A stretch of DNA of 64,000 nt from an uncultured Alphaproteobacteria bacterium (GTDB taxonomy: Bacteria; Pseudomonadota; Alphaproteobacteria; JAJFIK01). Under the pieces are notes generated by a model. The model did no database searches. It was not told where the DNA came from and saw only the letters and a program-made list of their open reading frames with translations. Each line of letters begins with the position of its first letter. Within the stretch, counting starts at the first letter, position 1. Of the stretch, positions 1 to 9,230 are shown piece by piece. The DNA is taken from positions 5,021-69,020 of the forward strand of contig CAZLPU010000011.1 in NCBI GenBank assembly GCA_964561475.1, read 5' to 3'. Both the position numbers and the translations under genes were made by a program.

Positions 1-147
1 CCGGTCCAGAGTGGTCACCTCTCCATCGGCGGACACGGACACGGCATGACGCCCGGCCAGCACGAGGGCAGGGGCATCGGGAAGTCGGACCGCCGGTGGG
101 GCGGCTGGCGGGGTATCGGGGCCGGAAGGGGTAGGCTGACCGGTCAT
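1..147 (-). CDS. Partial CDS (N-terminal 49 codons) of a gene continuing past the left window edge. Pro-rich N-terminus, unknown function.
   Basis: ATG at 147..145 (minus), preceded by a GAGGAG Shine-Dalgarno on the minus strand. Open frame to position 1, with GC-rich third positions. Not in the ORF track because there is no in-window stop. Confidence 0.25.
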   Translation of the reverse strand, partial: MTGQPTPSGPDTPPAAPPAVRLPDAPALVLAGRHAVSVSADGEVTTLDR

Positions 148-441
148 GGGCTCCTCGGCAGGCCAGTCCGGGTTTGGGCGGGCTGGCCGATGGGACGTGG
201 GGGACCCGGCGAGGCGGCGCCGGGTTCATCTGCGACTCACCCAGCCAGAATACACAGGTTCGCCCCGGGTGCCCGGCTCGGGCCTGCCAGTGGGTCCAGG
301 CCTGGGACGGTGGGTCCGGCAAAGGGACCCACTCTGGGCAAGGGGCCGAGAAAGGAGTAAGCCTGGGCCGCGCCCCTCGAAACAGGCACGGCGCCGCACC
401 ACATCAAGGTGTCTTTCCTCAACAAATGGAGTTTGGTTCCC

Positions 442-2157
442 ATGTCAGCGTCCGATCACCCGCTCACCCCCGAAGCCCTGCAGCAGATTGCGCAGGACGC
501 CAAGGCCTGGCCCTTCGAGGAAGCGCGAAAGCTGGTGAAACGGCGCGAAGAAAGCGGCGATGACCGTCCGGTCCTGTTCGAAACCGGCTACGGACCCTCC
601 GGTCTGCCCCATATCGGAACCTTCGGGGAAGTGGTCCGCACGACCATGGTGCGGCAGGCCTTCCATGCCCTGGCGCCGGGGGTGCCCACCCGGTTGATCG
701 CCTTTTCCGACGACATGGACGGAATGCGTAAGATCGCGCCCAATCTGCCCAATCAGGACATGCTGAAGGAGCATCTGGGCAAGTCCCTGACCTCCGTACC
801 CGACCCTTTCGGCACCCATGACAGCTTCGCGGCCCATAACAATGCCCGCCTTCGCGGTTTCCTGGACCAGTTCGGTTTTGATTATGAATTCGTCAGTTCC
901 ACCGCCTGTTACAAGAACGGCGAATTCGACGATGCGTTGATGCGGGTGCTCTACTGCTATGACGACATCATGAAGATCATCCTGCCGACCCTCGGGGAGG
1001 AGCGGCGGCAGACCTATTCTCCGTTCCTGCCCGTGTGTCCGAAGACCGGGGTGGTGTTGCAGGTGCCGGTGGTGGAGCGCTCCCACAATGCGGGCACCAT
1101 CGTCTATGAGGAGGAGGATGGGACGCGTACGGAAGTTCCGGTCACCGGCGGGCACTGCAAGCTCCAGTGGAAAGCGGACTGGGCCATGCGCTGGTACGCC
1201 CTCAAGGTCGATTACGAGATGGCGGGCAAGGACCTGATCGATTCCGTAAAGCTGTCCTCCAGGATCACGGCGGCCATGGGCGGGCGCCCGCCTGAAGGGT
1301 TCAATTATGAGCTGTTCCTGGATGAGCAGGGCCAGAAGATTTCCAAATCCAAGGGCAACGGTCTTTCGGTGGAGGAATGGCTGCGCTACGCCACGCCGGA
1401 AAGCCTGTCCCTTTACATGTTCCAGGCGCCGCGCAAGGCCAAGCGGCTTTACTTCGACATCATCCCAAAGGCCGTGGACGAGTATCTGAGCTTCCTGACC
1501 AAATATCCGGACCAGGAGGACGCAGGGCGCGTCGAGAACCCGGTCTGGCATATCCATGACGCGAAGCCGCCCGCCGAGGAAGCGCCCTTGAGCTTCTCCC
1601 TGCTGCTCAATCTGGTCAGTGCCAGCAATTCCCATGACCGGGATGTGCTTTGGGGGTTCATCCGCGCCTACAACAAGGATCTGACGCCGGAGAGTGCGCC
1701 ATTGCTCGATCGTCTCGTCGGGTATGCCATCAACTACTATGATGACTTTGTGCGGCCCACGAAATCCTTCCGCAAGCCGACAGACCAGGAAAGGGCAGCC
1801 CTGGAAGATCTTGCGGTCAGGCTGAAAAGTCTGCCCGGTGATGGTCATGATGGGGAAGAGATCCAATCCCTCGTCTACAGTGTGGGCAAGGAGCATGGCT
1901 TCGAGAACCTGCGGGACTGGTTCAAGGCACTCTATGAGGTCCTGCTCGGCCAGAGCCAGGGACCCCGCTTCGGTTCTTTCGTTGCCCTATACGGGGTGGC
2001 ACCGACCTTGACGCTGATCGGCCGGGTTCTTGCCGGGGAGGATCTCAATGGGGACGGCGCGGCCTCGTCTGGCGGGGACGACCCGTCCGCGAAGGCTGAG
2101 CCGGGTGCCCAAGCTCCTGGTACCCAAGCCCCTGGTGTGCAAGTTCCGGGGGCCTGA
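442..2157 (+). CDS. lysS: Lysyl-tRNA synthetase, class I (archaeal/alphaproteobacterial type)
   Basis: HIGH-like motif PHIGTFGEV near the N-terminus. KMSKS-like KISKSKGNG. Overall class-I LysRS architecture (about 570 aa). ATG at 442 with GGAG upstream. The track's 409 start is a GTG alternative. Confidence 0.85.
   Translation: MSASDHPLTPEALQQIAQDAKAWPFEEARKLVKRREESGDDRPVLFETGYGPSGLPHIGTFGEVVRTTMVRQAFHALAPGVPTRLIAFSDDMDGMRKIAPNLPNQDMLKEHLGKSLTSVPDPFGTHDSFAAHNNARLRGFLDQFGFDYEFVSSTACYKNGEFDDALMRVLYCYDDIMKIILPTLGEERRQTYSPFLPVCPKTGVVLQVPVVERSHNAGTIVYEEEDGTRTEVPVTGGHCKLQWKADWAMRWYALKVDYEMAGKDLIDSVKLSSRITAAMGGRPPEGFNYELFLDEQGQKISKSKGNGLSVEEWLRYATPESLSLYMFQAPRKAKRLYFDIIPKAVDEYLSFLTKYPDQEDAGRVENPVWHIHDAKPPAEEAPLSFSLLLNLVSASNSHDRDVLWGFIRAYNKDLTPESAPLLDRLVGYAINYYDDFVRPTKSFRKPTDQERAALEDLAVRLKSLPGDGHDGEEIQSLVYSVGKEHGFENLRDWFKALYEVLLGQSQGPRFGSFVALYGVAPTLTLIGRVLAGEDLNGDGAASSGGDDPSAKAEPGAQAPGTQAPGVQVPGA
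2107..2151 (+). repeat. 3 x 15-bp imperfect tandem repeat encoding the [15 protein letters not shown] tail of LysRS
   Basis: gcccaagctcctggt / acccaagcccctggt / gtgcaagttccgggg, immediately before the lysS stop. Confidence 0.7.
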
Positions 2158-2158
2158 A

Positions 2159-3082
2159 ATGGGCAGGCGGCAAGGTGCGGGTTGGTGGCCTTGTGCCGGA
2201 AGGGTGCAGACCATCCCCATGGTGATGGTTGCCCTGGGGCTTGTCTGGGGCGGCGGCCAGGGATGGGCCCGCCCCTCGGATCAGACTGCCGGGTGTGTTG
2301 CCCAACAGAGAACCGATCCGCTGGCCCTGTTCGATCTGGGCTGCTTTGACGCAGCGGCGCAACGGGCCCAGGCCCTTGCCGGTGATCAGCTTGAGGGAAA
2401 CGATCGGCTGCGGGCGGACCATCTGGCCTTCGCCGCCCGGGCGCTTCTGTCAAAGGCCATGGTGGAACCGGGGCATCCGGATCGTTTGACCCTGGTCGAG
2501 ACCGCGGAGACCCTGGCCGGACAGGCTCTTGACCTGGACGGGACCCATCTGGAGGGGCATTTGCAGCGCGCCATTGCGCTGGGGCTCCAGGGGCGGATGA
2601 TGGATCCCATTGCCGCCCATGGCCAGGGGCTGGCGTTTGAGGCCCGGGCTCATATCGACAGGGCTCTTGCTCTGCGGGCGGACAACCCTTATGCCCTGGC
2701 TGTTGCCGGGGCGTGGCATCTTGAGGTGGTGGGACTTGCGGGTCCTGGGCTCGGTGCATTTATTTATGGTGCCGATCCTTCAGAAGGCATGGCCCGGTTC
2801 GAGCGGGCGCTTGCTGTGGCCCCCCGTCCCCTCCTTTTCCAGGTTCAGTACGCCTTGGCGCTGCTTGCCGCCGGTCTGGAAGGCACCGTTGGGACCGCGG
2901 CCCAGGCCCTTCACGGGGTATTGGCTCAGCCTGCGGAGAATGCGCTGGAGCGCCATTATCAGGCCCTGGCTCGGGTCATGGTGGAAGCCATGGCCAATGG
3001 TCCGGTTACGGTCCGGTCGGCATTGCAATGCCTGGAAAAGTCCGGACCGGCCCTCTGCATGCCAGCCGGAGTGGATCTATAG
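2159..3082 (+). CDS. Hypothetical protein with an N-terminal hydrophobic segment (signal/TM), Ala/Leu-rich helical (TPR-like?) body
   Basis: ATG 2 nt after the lysS stop. High GC3. Hydrophobic IPMVMVALGLVWGGG near the N-terminus. No recognisable catalytic motif. Confidence 0.5.
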   Translation: MGRRQGAGWWPCAGRVQTIPMVMVALGLVWGGGQGWARPSDQTAGCVAQQRTDPLALFDLGCFDAAAQRAQALAGDQLEGNDRLRADHLAFAARALLSKAMVEPGHPDRLTLVETAETLAGQALDLDGTHLEGHLQRAIALGLQGRMMDPIAAHGQGLAFEARAHIDRALALRADNPYALAVAGAWHLEVVGLAGPGLGAFIYGADPSEGMARFERALAVAPRPLLFQVQYALALLAAGLEGTVGTAAQALHGVLAQPAENALERHYQALARVMVEAMANGPVTVRSALQCLEKSGPALCMPAGVDL

Positions 3083-3640
3083 GTCAAGGCTGTAGACGTG
3101 GATGGTCTCTCCGGTCGCCGGAAAGGCCATGTCCCGCTGCCACCGGAACCCCAAGGCTTCGAGCAGACCCGTGGATGGCTTGTTCCCCGGAGAGACGATA
3201 GCGGAAAGGGTAGCGAGGCCAAAATGATCCCTGGCCAGATCAAGGCAGGCAGCAGCCCCCTCCCGGGCGAGACCCTGGCCGTGGAATTCGGGCATCAGGG
3301 CAAAACCCAGGTCCACGTGGTCCAGATAGTCCCGTTTCACCAGCCCGATGAGGCCGATAGGGGCGCCGGTCTCTGCAAGAACCGCGAGCCAGAGCGCGAA
3401 GCCGTGGCGTTTCTCGTGGGCGATCAGCACATCCCGGATGTAGTCTTGCGCCTCTTCCTTCGTTCGCAATCCCCGGTCACCAATATTCTCCGTGTAGGAT
3501 GGATCGTTGAGCAGGGTAAGGATGAAGGCCCAGTCGCTGAGCTCAACCTTGCGCAGGACGAGGCGACCGGTTGAGAGGATGACATTGCCGGGCAGGGGGG
3601 ATGATGGACGGTGGGAACCGTCAGGGTGCTGGTCTGTCAT
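3077..3640 (-). CDS. GNAT family N-acetyltransferase (RimJ/RimL-like)
   Basis: N-terminal GRLVLRKVELSD motif typical of RimJ-like GNATs. Central acetyl-CoA-binding region (HGQGLAREGAAACLDLA). 187 aa. Confidence 0.7.
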   Translation of the reverse strand: MTDQHPDGSHRPSSPLPGNVILSTGRLVLRKVELSDWAFILTLLNDPSYTENIGDRGLRTKEEAQDYIRDVLIAHEKRHGFALWLAVLAETGAPIGLIGLVKRDYLDHVDLGFALMPEFHGQGLAREGAAACLDLARDHFGLATLSAIVSPGNKPSTGLLEALGFRWQRDMAFPATGETIHVYSLDL

Positions 3641-3841
3641 GGGGTCTTTCTGAGCATGCTGGCCCTCTGTGCCCAGTGCACAGCCTGGACGGGGACCTTG
3701 AGAATCGCTTCACCAGGGGGTATGTCCCGTGGGACTGGGCGAGACATAGCCGAAGTAGCAGAAAGCGCCAAAATCCAGGCGCAACCGCGCGCCGGGTGCG
3801 GGGATGCATGGAAACTCCGACGAACAGAGAGAGGGGCCGTG

Positions 3842-4225
3842 ATGGCGGAGACTGAAGACAGACGCCTTTTCAAGGTCTTGACCCAGGAGGAATGGGTCCG
3901 CTGGCAGGATCTCGCCAGCCGGGATGAGCCTTTCAACGGCGCGGCCATCGATCTGAGCGACGGATACATTCATTTCTCCACCGCCGGTCAAGTGGAAGAA
4001 ACGGTGGCTCGCCATTTCGCCGGTCAGCCGGATCTCGTTCTGGTGGCCGTGGACGGAAATGCTCTGGGTGCGTCCCTCAAATGGGAGCCCTCCCGGGGGG
4101 GCGATCTGTTTCCCCATCTCTACACGCCCTTGTCCATGGATACGGTGTTGTGGTCCAAGCCCCTTCCGGCGAGCGCCGGCGGCGGGCACGACTTTCCCCA
4201 CGGTTGGCAGGATCTGGATCGATGA
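3842..4225 (+). CDS. DUF952 domain protein
   Basis: 127 aa. Conserved W...G.YIHFST and C-terminal FPHLYTPL signature of DUF952. Its stop overlaps the pyrD start (ATGA). Confidence 0.6.
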   Translation: MAETEDRRLFKVLTQEEWVRWQDLASRDEPFNGAAIDLSDGYIHFSTAGQVEETVARHFAGQPDLVLVAVDGNALGASLKWEPSRGGDLFPHLYTPLSMDTVLWSKPLPASAGGGHDFPHGWQDLDR

Positions 4226-5292
4226 GCAGTTTGTTTGGCCTTGCACGGTCGGTATTGTTTCAAATGGATGCGGAAACCGCCCACGGCATGGTGCTCAAGT
4301 CCCTGAAAACGGGGCTCGGCGGCAAGGATCGGGGCGCGCCGGATCCGATGCTGATGCAGACGGTCTTTGGGCTGACATTCCCCAATCCGGTGGGGCTCGC
4401 GGCCGGGTTCGACAAGAATGCGGAAGTGCCCGACGCCCTGTTGCGGCTGGGATTTGGGCATGTGGAATGTGGCACCATTACCCCCCGGCCCCAGGTGGGC
4501 AATCCCAAGCCGCGTATCTTCCGGCTGGTGGAGGACCGGGCCGTGATCAATCGGCTTGGCTTCAACAATGAAGGGCTTGAGGCTGCCGCCGCCCGTCTGG
4601 AGGCGCGTCACCGGGCCGGGGCAGGGGGGATCGTGGGTGCCAATCTGGGGGCGAACAAGGACACGCAAGACAAGCCCGCGGACTATGTCACCGGGCTGAA
4701 ACGGCTTTATGGGCTCGCGGATTACTTCACCGTCAATGTCTCGTCTCCGAACACCCCGGGCCTGCGCAATCTTCAGCAAAGGGATGACCTGCAAGATCTG
4801 CTGACCCGGGTTCTGGATGCCCGGGCAGCCCTCGCGGGCACAAAAACGCCCAAGCCGGTCCTTTTGAAAGTGGCTCCTGATCTCACACCGGAGGATGTGG
4901 CGGATATCGTGGATGTCGCCGTGGGCTGCGGGGTGGATGGGCTGATCGTGTCCAACACGACGATTGCCAGACCGGAAGGCCTGAAAGGGGCCTCCGCCAG
5001 TGAGACCGGCGGCCTGTCCGGAGCGCCCCTGTTCGAGCGGTCAACGGATATGATCCGGACCTTCGCCGGTCAGGTGAAAGGGCGGATACCGATCATCGGG
5101 GTGGGCGGTGTTGCAAGCCCGGAGCAGGCCTATGCCAAGATCCGGGCCGGGGCGTCCCTTGTGCAGCTTTATACCGGCCTTGTCTATGAAGGACCGGGGC
5201 TTGTCGAGATCATCGTCAACGGCCTGCCCGGTCTGTTGAAGGCGGATGGTTTTGCTTCCGTCAGCGAGGCTGTGGGCGCGGATCTACACTGA
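4222..5292 (+). CDS. pyrD: Dihydroorotate dehydrogenase (quinone), class 2
   Basis: N-terminal membrane-association helix. Motifs GFDKNAE, GFGHVECGTITP, NVSSPNTPGLR, IIGVGGV. Length 356 aa, typical of PyrD class 2. Confidence 0.9.
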   Translation: MSSLFGLARSVLFQMDAETAHGMVLKSLKTGLGGKDRGAPDPMLMQTVFGLTFPNPVGLAAGFDKNAEVPDALLRLGFGHVECGTITPRPQVGNPKPRIFRLVEDRAVINRLGFNNEGLEAAAARLEARHRAGAGGIVGANLGANKDTQDKPADYVTGLKRLYGLADYFTVNVSSPNTPGLRNLQQRDDLQDLLTRVLDARAALAGTKTPKPVLLKVAPDLTPEDVADIVDVAVGCGVDGLIVSNTTIARPEGLKGASASETGGLSGAPLFERSTDMIRTFAGQVKGRIPIIGVGGVASPEQAYAKIRAGASLVQLYTGLVYEGPGLVEIIVNGLPGLLKADGFASVSEAVGADLH

Positions 5293-6661
5293 GCCGCAGC
5301 CCTGGGAGCCACAGACTCAGGGTAAGCCCCCGGAGCAGGAAGAAGGCCAGAAACGCGATCCACAGGCCCGTGTTACCGGTTTCGCTGAGCAGCACCGTGA
5401 GGGCCAGGAAGATCAGGGTCGAGATCAGCATGCTGTTGCGCATGGCCTTGGTCCTCGTGGCGCCCACGAAAATTCCGTCAAGCTGGAAGGCCCACACCCC
5501 CAGAACCGGATGGAGGGCCGCGAAGGGCAGGAAGGCGATGGCCGCCGCCCGGACGTCCTCGATATCCGTCAGTCCCCGAATGGCCAGGGGACCGAGGGCG
5601 AACAGCAGGACTGTGAGCAGGAGGGACGTGGCCACCGCCAGTTCGGTGGAGTGGCGCACCGCCCGGTCGAACTGGTCCCGGTTGCCGCGGCCCAGGGCCC
5701 GGCCTACCAGGCTTTCCGCCGCAATCGCCCAGCCATCGAGAAAATAGGAACTGAAGGCCAGGAACTGAAGCAGCACATGGTTGGCTGCGAGTTGGGTGGT
5801 GCCCAACTGGCCGCTCTGGGCGGTAAACCAGGCGAAAGAAAGCATCAAAAGCCAAGTGCGGATCAGAATATCGCCATTCACGGCGAAGGTGCGCAGGAGG
5901 GCGTCCGGGCGCAGGATCTGGCCCCAGGTGACGGATTGGCGTGGCTGATCCGCCTGGGCGAGGGCGCCGGAATCGTCGGTGCGGGATCCTCCGCCTTCGG
6001 AGCGCAAGGCTCTGCGGATCATCCAGAGACCCAGGCCCACGGTCAGCCATTCCGCGATCAGGGTGCCCAGGGCCACGCCGGCCACGTCCAGATCGAAAAC
6101 CAGCACCAGGAGCAGGTTCAGGGCGATATTGGTCAGATGCAGGAACAATTGCAGGACCAGGACCGGGCGGCTGTCCTGGGCGCCGATGAACCAGCCCAGA
6201 ATGGCGAATTGCGCCAATGCCGCCGGTGCCGACCAGATGCGGATGGCAAAATAGGTGGCGGCGAGATCAGAGGTCTCCGGATCGGCTGCGAACAAGGGCA
6301 GGGCAAAACGCTGGATCAGGGGCTGAAGCGCCAGAAGCAAGGCCGCAAGACCCAGAGCGATGAGCAGGGCGCGGGCCAGGGCCGCGCGCAGTTCCGCTCT
6401 GTCACCGGCACCGAACGCCTGGGAGACAAGGCCGGTGGTTCCCATACGCAGGAAATTGAAGCCTGTGTAAAGGAAGGAAAACAGCACGGACCCGATGGCA
6501 ATGGCCGCGAGGCTCGAGGCGGTGCCCACATTGCCGATTACCGCCGTATCGCTGAGGCCAAGCAGGGGCACAGCCAGATTGGACACCATGATGGGCCAGG
6601 CCAGCCGCCAGACTTCCGCGCGGTTGATGGGTGTGGGGCTGGCCTCGGGTTTCGCTTGCAT
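5261..6661 (-). CDS. MATE family efflux transporter (NorM/DinF-like)
   Basis: 466 aa, 12 predicted TM segments. Start matches the MATE N-terminus (WRLAWPIMVSNL...LSDTAVIG). ATG at 6661. The track's longer 5261..7231 ORF is an upstream read-through. Confidence 0.8.
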   Translation of the reverse strand: MQAKPEASPTPINRAEVWRLAWPIMVSNLAVPLLGLSDTAVIGNVGTASSLAAIAIGSVLFSFLYTGFNFLRMGTTGLVSQAFGAGDRAELRAALARALLIALGLAALLLALQPLIQRFALPLFAADPETSDLAATYFAIRIWSAPAALAQFAILGWFIGAQDSRPVLVLQLFLHLTNIALNLLLVLVFDLDVAGVALGTLIAEWLTVGLGLWMIRRALRSEGGGSRTDDSGALAQADQPRQSVTWGQILRPDALLRTFAVNGDILIRTWLLMLSFAWFTAQSGQLGTTQLAANHVLLQFLAFSSYFLDGWAIAAESLVGRALGRGNRDQFDRAVRHSTELAVATSLLLTVLLFALGPLAIRGLTDIEDVRAAAIAFLPFAALHPVLGVWAFQLDGIFVGATRTKAMRNSMLISTLIFLALTVLLSETGNTGLWIAFLAFFLLRGLTLSLWLPGLRLSVDPRPQPR

Positions 6662-6727
6662 TGCCGGGTTTCCTGGATTGGCTGTGACGCTTTGGACGGG
6701 GATTGGCGCTTGGCGCAGGGCTCGGAA

Positions 6728-7663
6728 ATGGGCACTCTTGGTCCCATGAAAGCGCAACTGCCCATCACTCACCACCCGGATTATGTCGCAAATCTGCCCG
6801 ACGGCCACCGGTTTCCCATGGCCAAGTTCGGCCGCCTTCGGGATGTGCTGGTCGAGGACGGCCTTGCGGGCGCGGGTGCATTTCTGGTGCCCGAGCCCAT
6901 GCCCCGGGAGTGGCTCTACCTCGCCCATGACCGGGCCTATGTGGATGCGGTTCTGGATGGCGGGCTCGACCGGGCCGCCGAACGGCGGATCGGCCTGCCG
7001 GTGACGGAACGGGTGGGCCGGCGGTCCCGGCTGGCCAGTGGTGGAACCTTGCTGTGTGCCCGGATCGCACTGGAACGGGGCCTTGCGTGCAACACCGCCG
7101 GTGGCAGTCATCATGCCGCAAAAGGACACGGAGCAGGCTTCAGCGTGTTCAACGATGTAGCCATCGCCGCCCATGTGCTGCTGGCTGAAGGCCGGGTCGG
7201 GCGGGTTCTGGTGGTGGACCTGGATGTTCACCAGGGGGACGGTACGGCGGACATCTTCCGGGACGATATGCGGGTCTTCACGTTTTCAATGCATGGCGAG
7301 AAGAACTTTCCCGTCCGCAAGCAGAAGAGTGATCTGGATATCGGGCTGGAGGACAACCTGGGAGATGAGGCCTATCTGGAAGTGCTGGCTGACCATCTGG
7401 AGCCGATGCTGGGCCATGTCGGCCCGGATCTGGTGTTCTACAATGCAGGCGTTGATCCCCATAAGGATGACCGGCTGGGCCGCCTGTCCCTGACCGATGA
7501 AGGGTTGGCACGCCGGGACCGGATGGTGCTGGAGGCCTGCATCCGCCGGGGCGTTCCGGTCGTGGGTGTTATTGGCGGGGGATACTCCAAGGATATCGAT
7601 GCCCTCGCCCGGCGCCATGCCATCCTGCACCATACGGCAGCCAGGCTCCTGATCCGGGCATAA
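6728..7663 (+). CDS. Histone deacetylase-superfamily amidohydrolase (AcuC/acetylpolyamine-amidohydrolase-like)
   Basis: HDAC motifs GGSHHA, VLVVDLDVHQGDGT, GGGY. About 310 aa. Alternative ATG at 6746. The 5246..7663 track ORF is a spurious 5' extension. Confidence 0.75.
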   Translation: MGTLGPMKAQLPITHHPDYVANLPDGHRFPMAKFGRLRDVLVEDGLAGAGAFLVPEPMPREWLYLAHDRAYVDAVLDGGLDRAAERRIGLPVTERVGRRSRLASGGTLLCARIALERGLACNTAGGSHHAAKGHGAGFSVFNDVAIAAHVLLAEGRVGRVLVVDLDVHQGDGTADIFRDDMRVFTFSMHGEKNFPVRKQKSDLDIGLEDNLGDEAYLEVLADHLEPMLGHVGPDLVFYNAGVDPHKDDRLGRLSLTDEGLARRDRMVLEACIRRGVPVVGVIGGGYSKDIDALARRHAILHHTAARLLIRA

Positions 7664-7752
7664 GACGTGGTCTTGAGCACGGGAGCCGGGCTGGTAGGCT
7701 CTGTGGATTGGTTTCCCGACGCGACTTTGACCCTGGAAGGAGAGGCTGCCCC

Positions 7753-8001
7753 ATGTCCGAACCGAAAATTGCCGGCACTGCGCCCATTCCCGTCGAAGTG
7801 GAGGCGGGCAAGACCTATTTCTGGTGCAGTTGCGGTCAATCCGCCAATCAGCCGTTCTGCGACGGGTCCCACAAAGGTACGGATTTCGTACCCCTCGCCT
7901 ACACGGCGGAAGAAAGCGGCAAGCGCTTTTTCTGCACCTGCAAGCGCACTGCAAATCCGGGCTTTTGCGACGGCAGCCACAGCAAGCTTGATAATGCGTA
8001 A
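7753..8001 (+). CDS. CDGSH-type iron-sulfur domain protein (two CDGSH motifs)
   Basis: 82 aa with two C-x-C-x(8-9)-CDGSH motifs (CSCGQSANQPFCDGSH, CTCKRTANPGFCDGSH). Strong GGAAGGAGAGG RBS upstream of ATG 7753. Confidence 0.8.
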   Translation: MSEPKIAGTAPIPVEVEAGKTYFWCSCGQSANQPFCDGSHKGTDFVPLAYTAEESGKRFFCTCKRTANPGFCDGSHSKLDNA

Positions 8002-8089
8002 CAACGCGTATTTGTCCCGCGGGAACGCTGATTTGGCAGGCTGAGGACGTTTGCTGCGATGGTGCCTGAGCGGGAACGGGCTTTGTGTC

Positions 8090-8974
8090 TTACGCCGTCA
8101 GGAAGGTGGTCATTTCCTGGGCGATGCGGGGGACCATGGCCTGGGGGAGGTCGTGCCCCCAGTCTTCGATCACCACGAGTTTCGAGCCGGGTACCCGGCG
8201 GGCGGCATCCTCTCCGCAGCCCAGGGGGAGGAGAGGGTCGATGCGGCCATGGAGCAGAAGCATGGGTGTTGCGACCGTGGACAGAAGATCGTGCCAGCGG
8301 GGTGTGGCCTGGATCGCGGCGAACTGGCGGGCCACGCCGGCGGGATCGTAGGACCGGTCGAAGGCTGCCCCCGCCAGTTCCGTCAGGCGTTCGTCCGTGT
8401 CCCGAATACCGGGGGCCGAGCCGATGATATGACGGCTCTTGACCGCCAGTTCCACGACCGCCTCCCGGCTGTCATTGTCCGGCCGGGCCAGAAGCATCTG
8501 CTGGGCTTCCGGCGTTGCGGAGGGCAGGCCAGGGGCGCCGGACGTGGTCATGATGGGCACTGCCTTGAGCACCCGGTCCGGATGCTGAACAACGGTGATC
8601 TGGGTGATCATGCCGCCCATGGAGGCCCCTGCCACATGGGCCTTCTTGATCTCCAGGGCGTCCATTAATCCGATAACGTCCCGGGCCATGTCTTCCATGG
8701 TGTAGGCGACGGCGGGCATTGCACCGGCCTGAAGCGCCGTGAAGAGGGCACCAAAATCCGGGACACCGAACTGGTCGAAACGCTCGCTTAAGCCCACGTC
8801 CCGGTTGTCGAACCGGATCACGCGGAGGTCGGCGGCCACCAGACGGTCAACCAGGTCCTGGGGCCAGTCGATCAGTTGGCGGCTGAACCCGGAGATCAGG
8901 ATCAGGGCTGGATGGGCGGGATTGCCGTGGGATTCATATTCGATGCGAATGCCGTTGGCCTTGATCTGAGCCAT
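8090..8974 (-). CDS. Alpha/beta hydrolase fold protein
   Basis: G-x-S-x-G nucleophile elbow (GASMGG). HGxxD near the C-terminus. ATG 8974 with an AGGGGAGAAG RBS. Co-directional with and downstream of the photolyase/DUF2256 genes. Confidence 0.75.
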   Translation of the reverse strand: MAQIKANGIRIEYESHGNPAHPALILISGFSRQLIDWPQDLVDRLVAADLRVIRFDNRDVGLSERFDQFGVPDFGALFTALQAGAMPAVAYTMEDMARDVIGLMDALEIKKAHVAGASMGGMITQITVVQHPDRVLKAVPIMTTSGAPGLPSATPEAQQMLLARPDNDSREAVVELAVKSRHIIGSAPGIRDTDERLTELAGAAFDRSYDPAGVARQFAAIQATPRWHDLLSTVATPMLLLHGRIDPLLPLGCGEDAARRVPGSKLVVIEDWGHDLPQAMVPRIAQEMTTFLTA

Positions 8975-9089
8975 GATTTTCTTCTCCCCTGGCGCCTGTC
9001 CTACCATCCCCGTGATGCGGTGTTGTGGCGGAGTCTAGCAAGGACATCCCGAATGGGCCAAGACTGTTGAACCGGCTTTCGGGCCAGCG

Positions 9090-9230
9090 TCAGCGTTCCT
9101 TGGTCCGGGTGCTCGCGCAGCGCTTGGAGCAGTATTTGACCTGCTCCCAGTCCCGCTCCCATTTTTTGCGCCAGGTGAAGGGACGCCCGCAGGTGGCGCA
9201 GATTTTGGTCGGCAACTGGGACTTTTTCAT
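9090..9230 (-). CDS. DUF2256 zinc-ribbon small protein (46 aa)
   Basis: Translation is [46 protein letters not shown]. It carries the DUF2256 signature C-x2-C-GRPF-x-WRKKW...YCS-x-RC. Its ATG overlaps the photolyase TGA (ATGA on the minus strand). Below the ORF-track size cut-off. Confidence 0.7.
   Translation of the reverse strand: MKKSQLPTKICATCGRPFTWRKKWERDWEQVKYCSKRCASTRTKER

Noticed and set aside
5246-7663. 805-aa plus-strand ORF spanning the MATE gene antisense and the HDAC-like gene
   Set aside because: Only the last about 310 codons, from ATG 6728/6746, carry HDAC motifs. The upstream 480 codons are low-complexity Gly/Arg/Glu-rich antisense of a bona fide MATE transporter, a typical high-GC spurious extension.
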